DNA of 64,000 bases from Octopus sinensis (taxonomy: Eukaryota): contig NC_043022.1 of assembly GCF_006345805.1 (NCBI RefSeq), positions 19,654,001 through 19,718,000 on the forward strand. The letters run 5' to 3'. Positions 63,724-64,000 of this stretch are shown one piece after another; position 1 is the first letter of the stretch, and each line of letters begins with the position of its first letter. The position numbers were made by a program, and so were the translations under genes. The notes below the pieces were generated by a model, which was given only the letters and a program-made list of their open reading frames with translations, did not search any database and was not told the origin of the DNA.

Positions 63724-64000
63724 GAAGCACTCCGTCGGTTACGACGATGAGGGTTCCGGTTGATCCGAATCAACGGAACAGCAAGCTCGTGAAATTAACG
63801 TGTAAGTGGCTGAGCACTCCACAGACACGTGCACCCTTAACGTAGTTCTCGGGGATATTCAGCGTGACACAGAGAGTGTCAAGGCTGGCCTCTTGAAATA
63901 CAGGTACAACAGAAACAGGAAGTAAGAGTGAGAGAAAGTTGTGGTGAAAGAGAACAGCAGGGATCACCACCATCCCCTGCCGGAGCCTCGTGGAGATTTT
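63724..64000 (-). mobile_element. tRNA-derived SINE family B, running off the window edge
   Basis: Matches 6061-6340. Confidence 0.85.

Overview
AT-rich, repeat-saturated animal genomic DNA. The SINE families resemble those of octopods, so an Octopus origin is inferred, not proven. Almost all ORFs in the supplied track are artefacts of microsatellites and SINEs. Reading splice signals and frames by hand gives one host gene on the minus strand: three phase-compatible coding exons (26835-26760, 14029-13918, 8277-8157) encoding a 102-aa secreted protein with six mature-chain cysteines, plus a diverged relic of its last exon. The rest is mobile DNA: (1) two R4/Dong-type non-LTR retrotransposons and a non-coding element, all lying in (AAT)n tracts in the same orientation; (2) several Penelope-like elements (PLEs), including two pLTRs with a fixed-spacing CCAAT/CRE array, TATA, Kozak ATG, splice donor and a minimal hammerhead-ribozyme fold with a U3:A8 core, and a ~960-bp PLE palindrome; (3) RTE and Tx1 fragments, Helitron-like elements, MITEs/foldbacks and at least three SINE families. 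Exon and ribozyme coordinates were counted by hand; repeat boundaries are approximate. No database searches or folding calculations were run.
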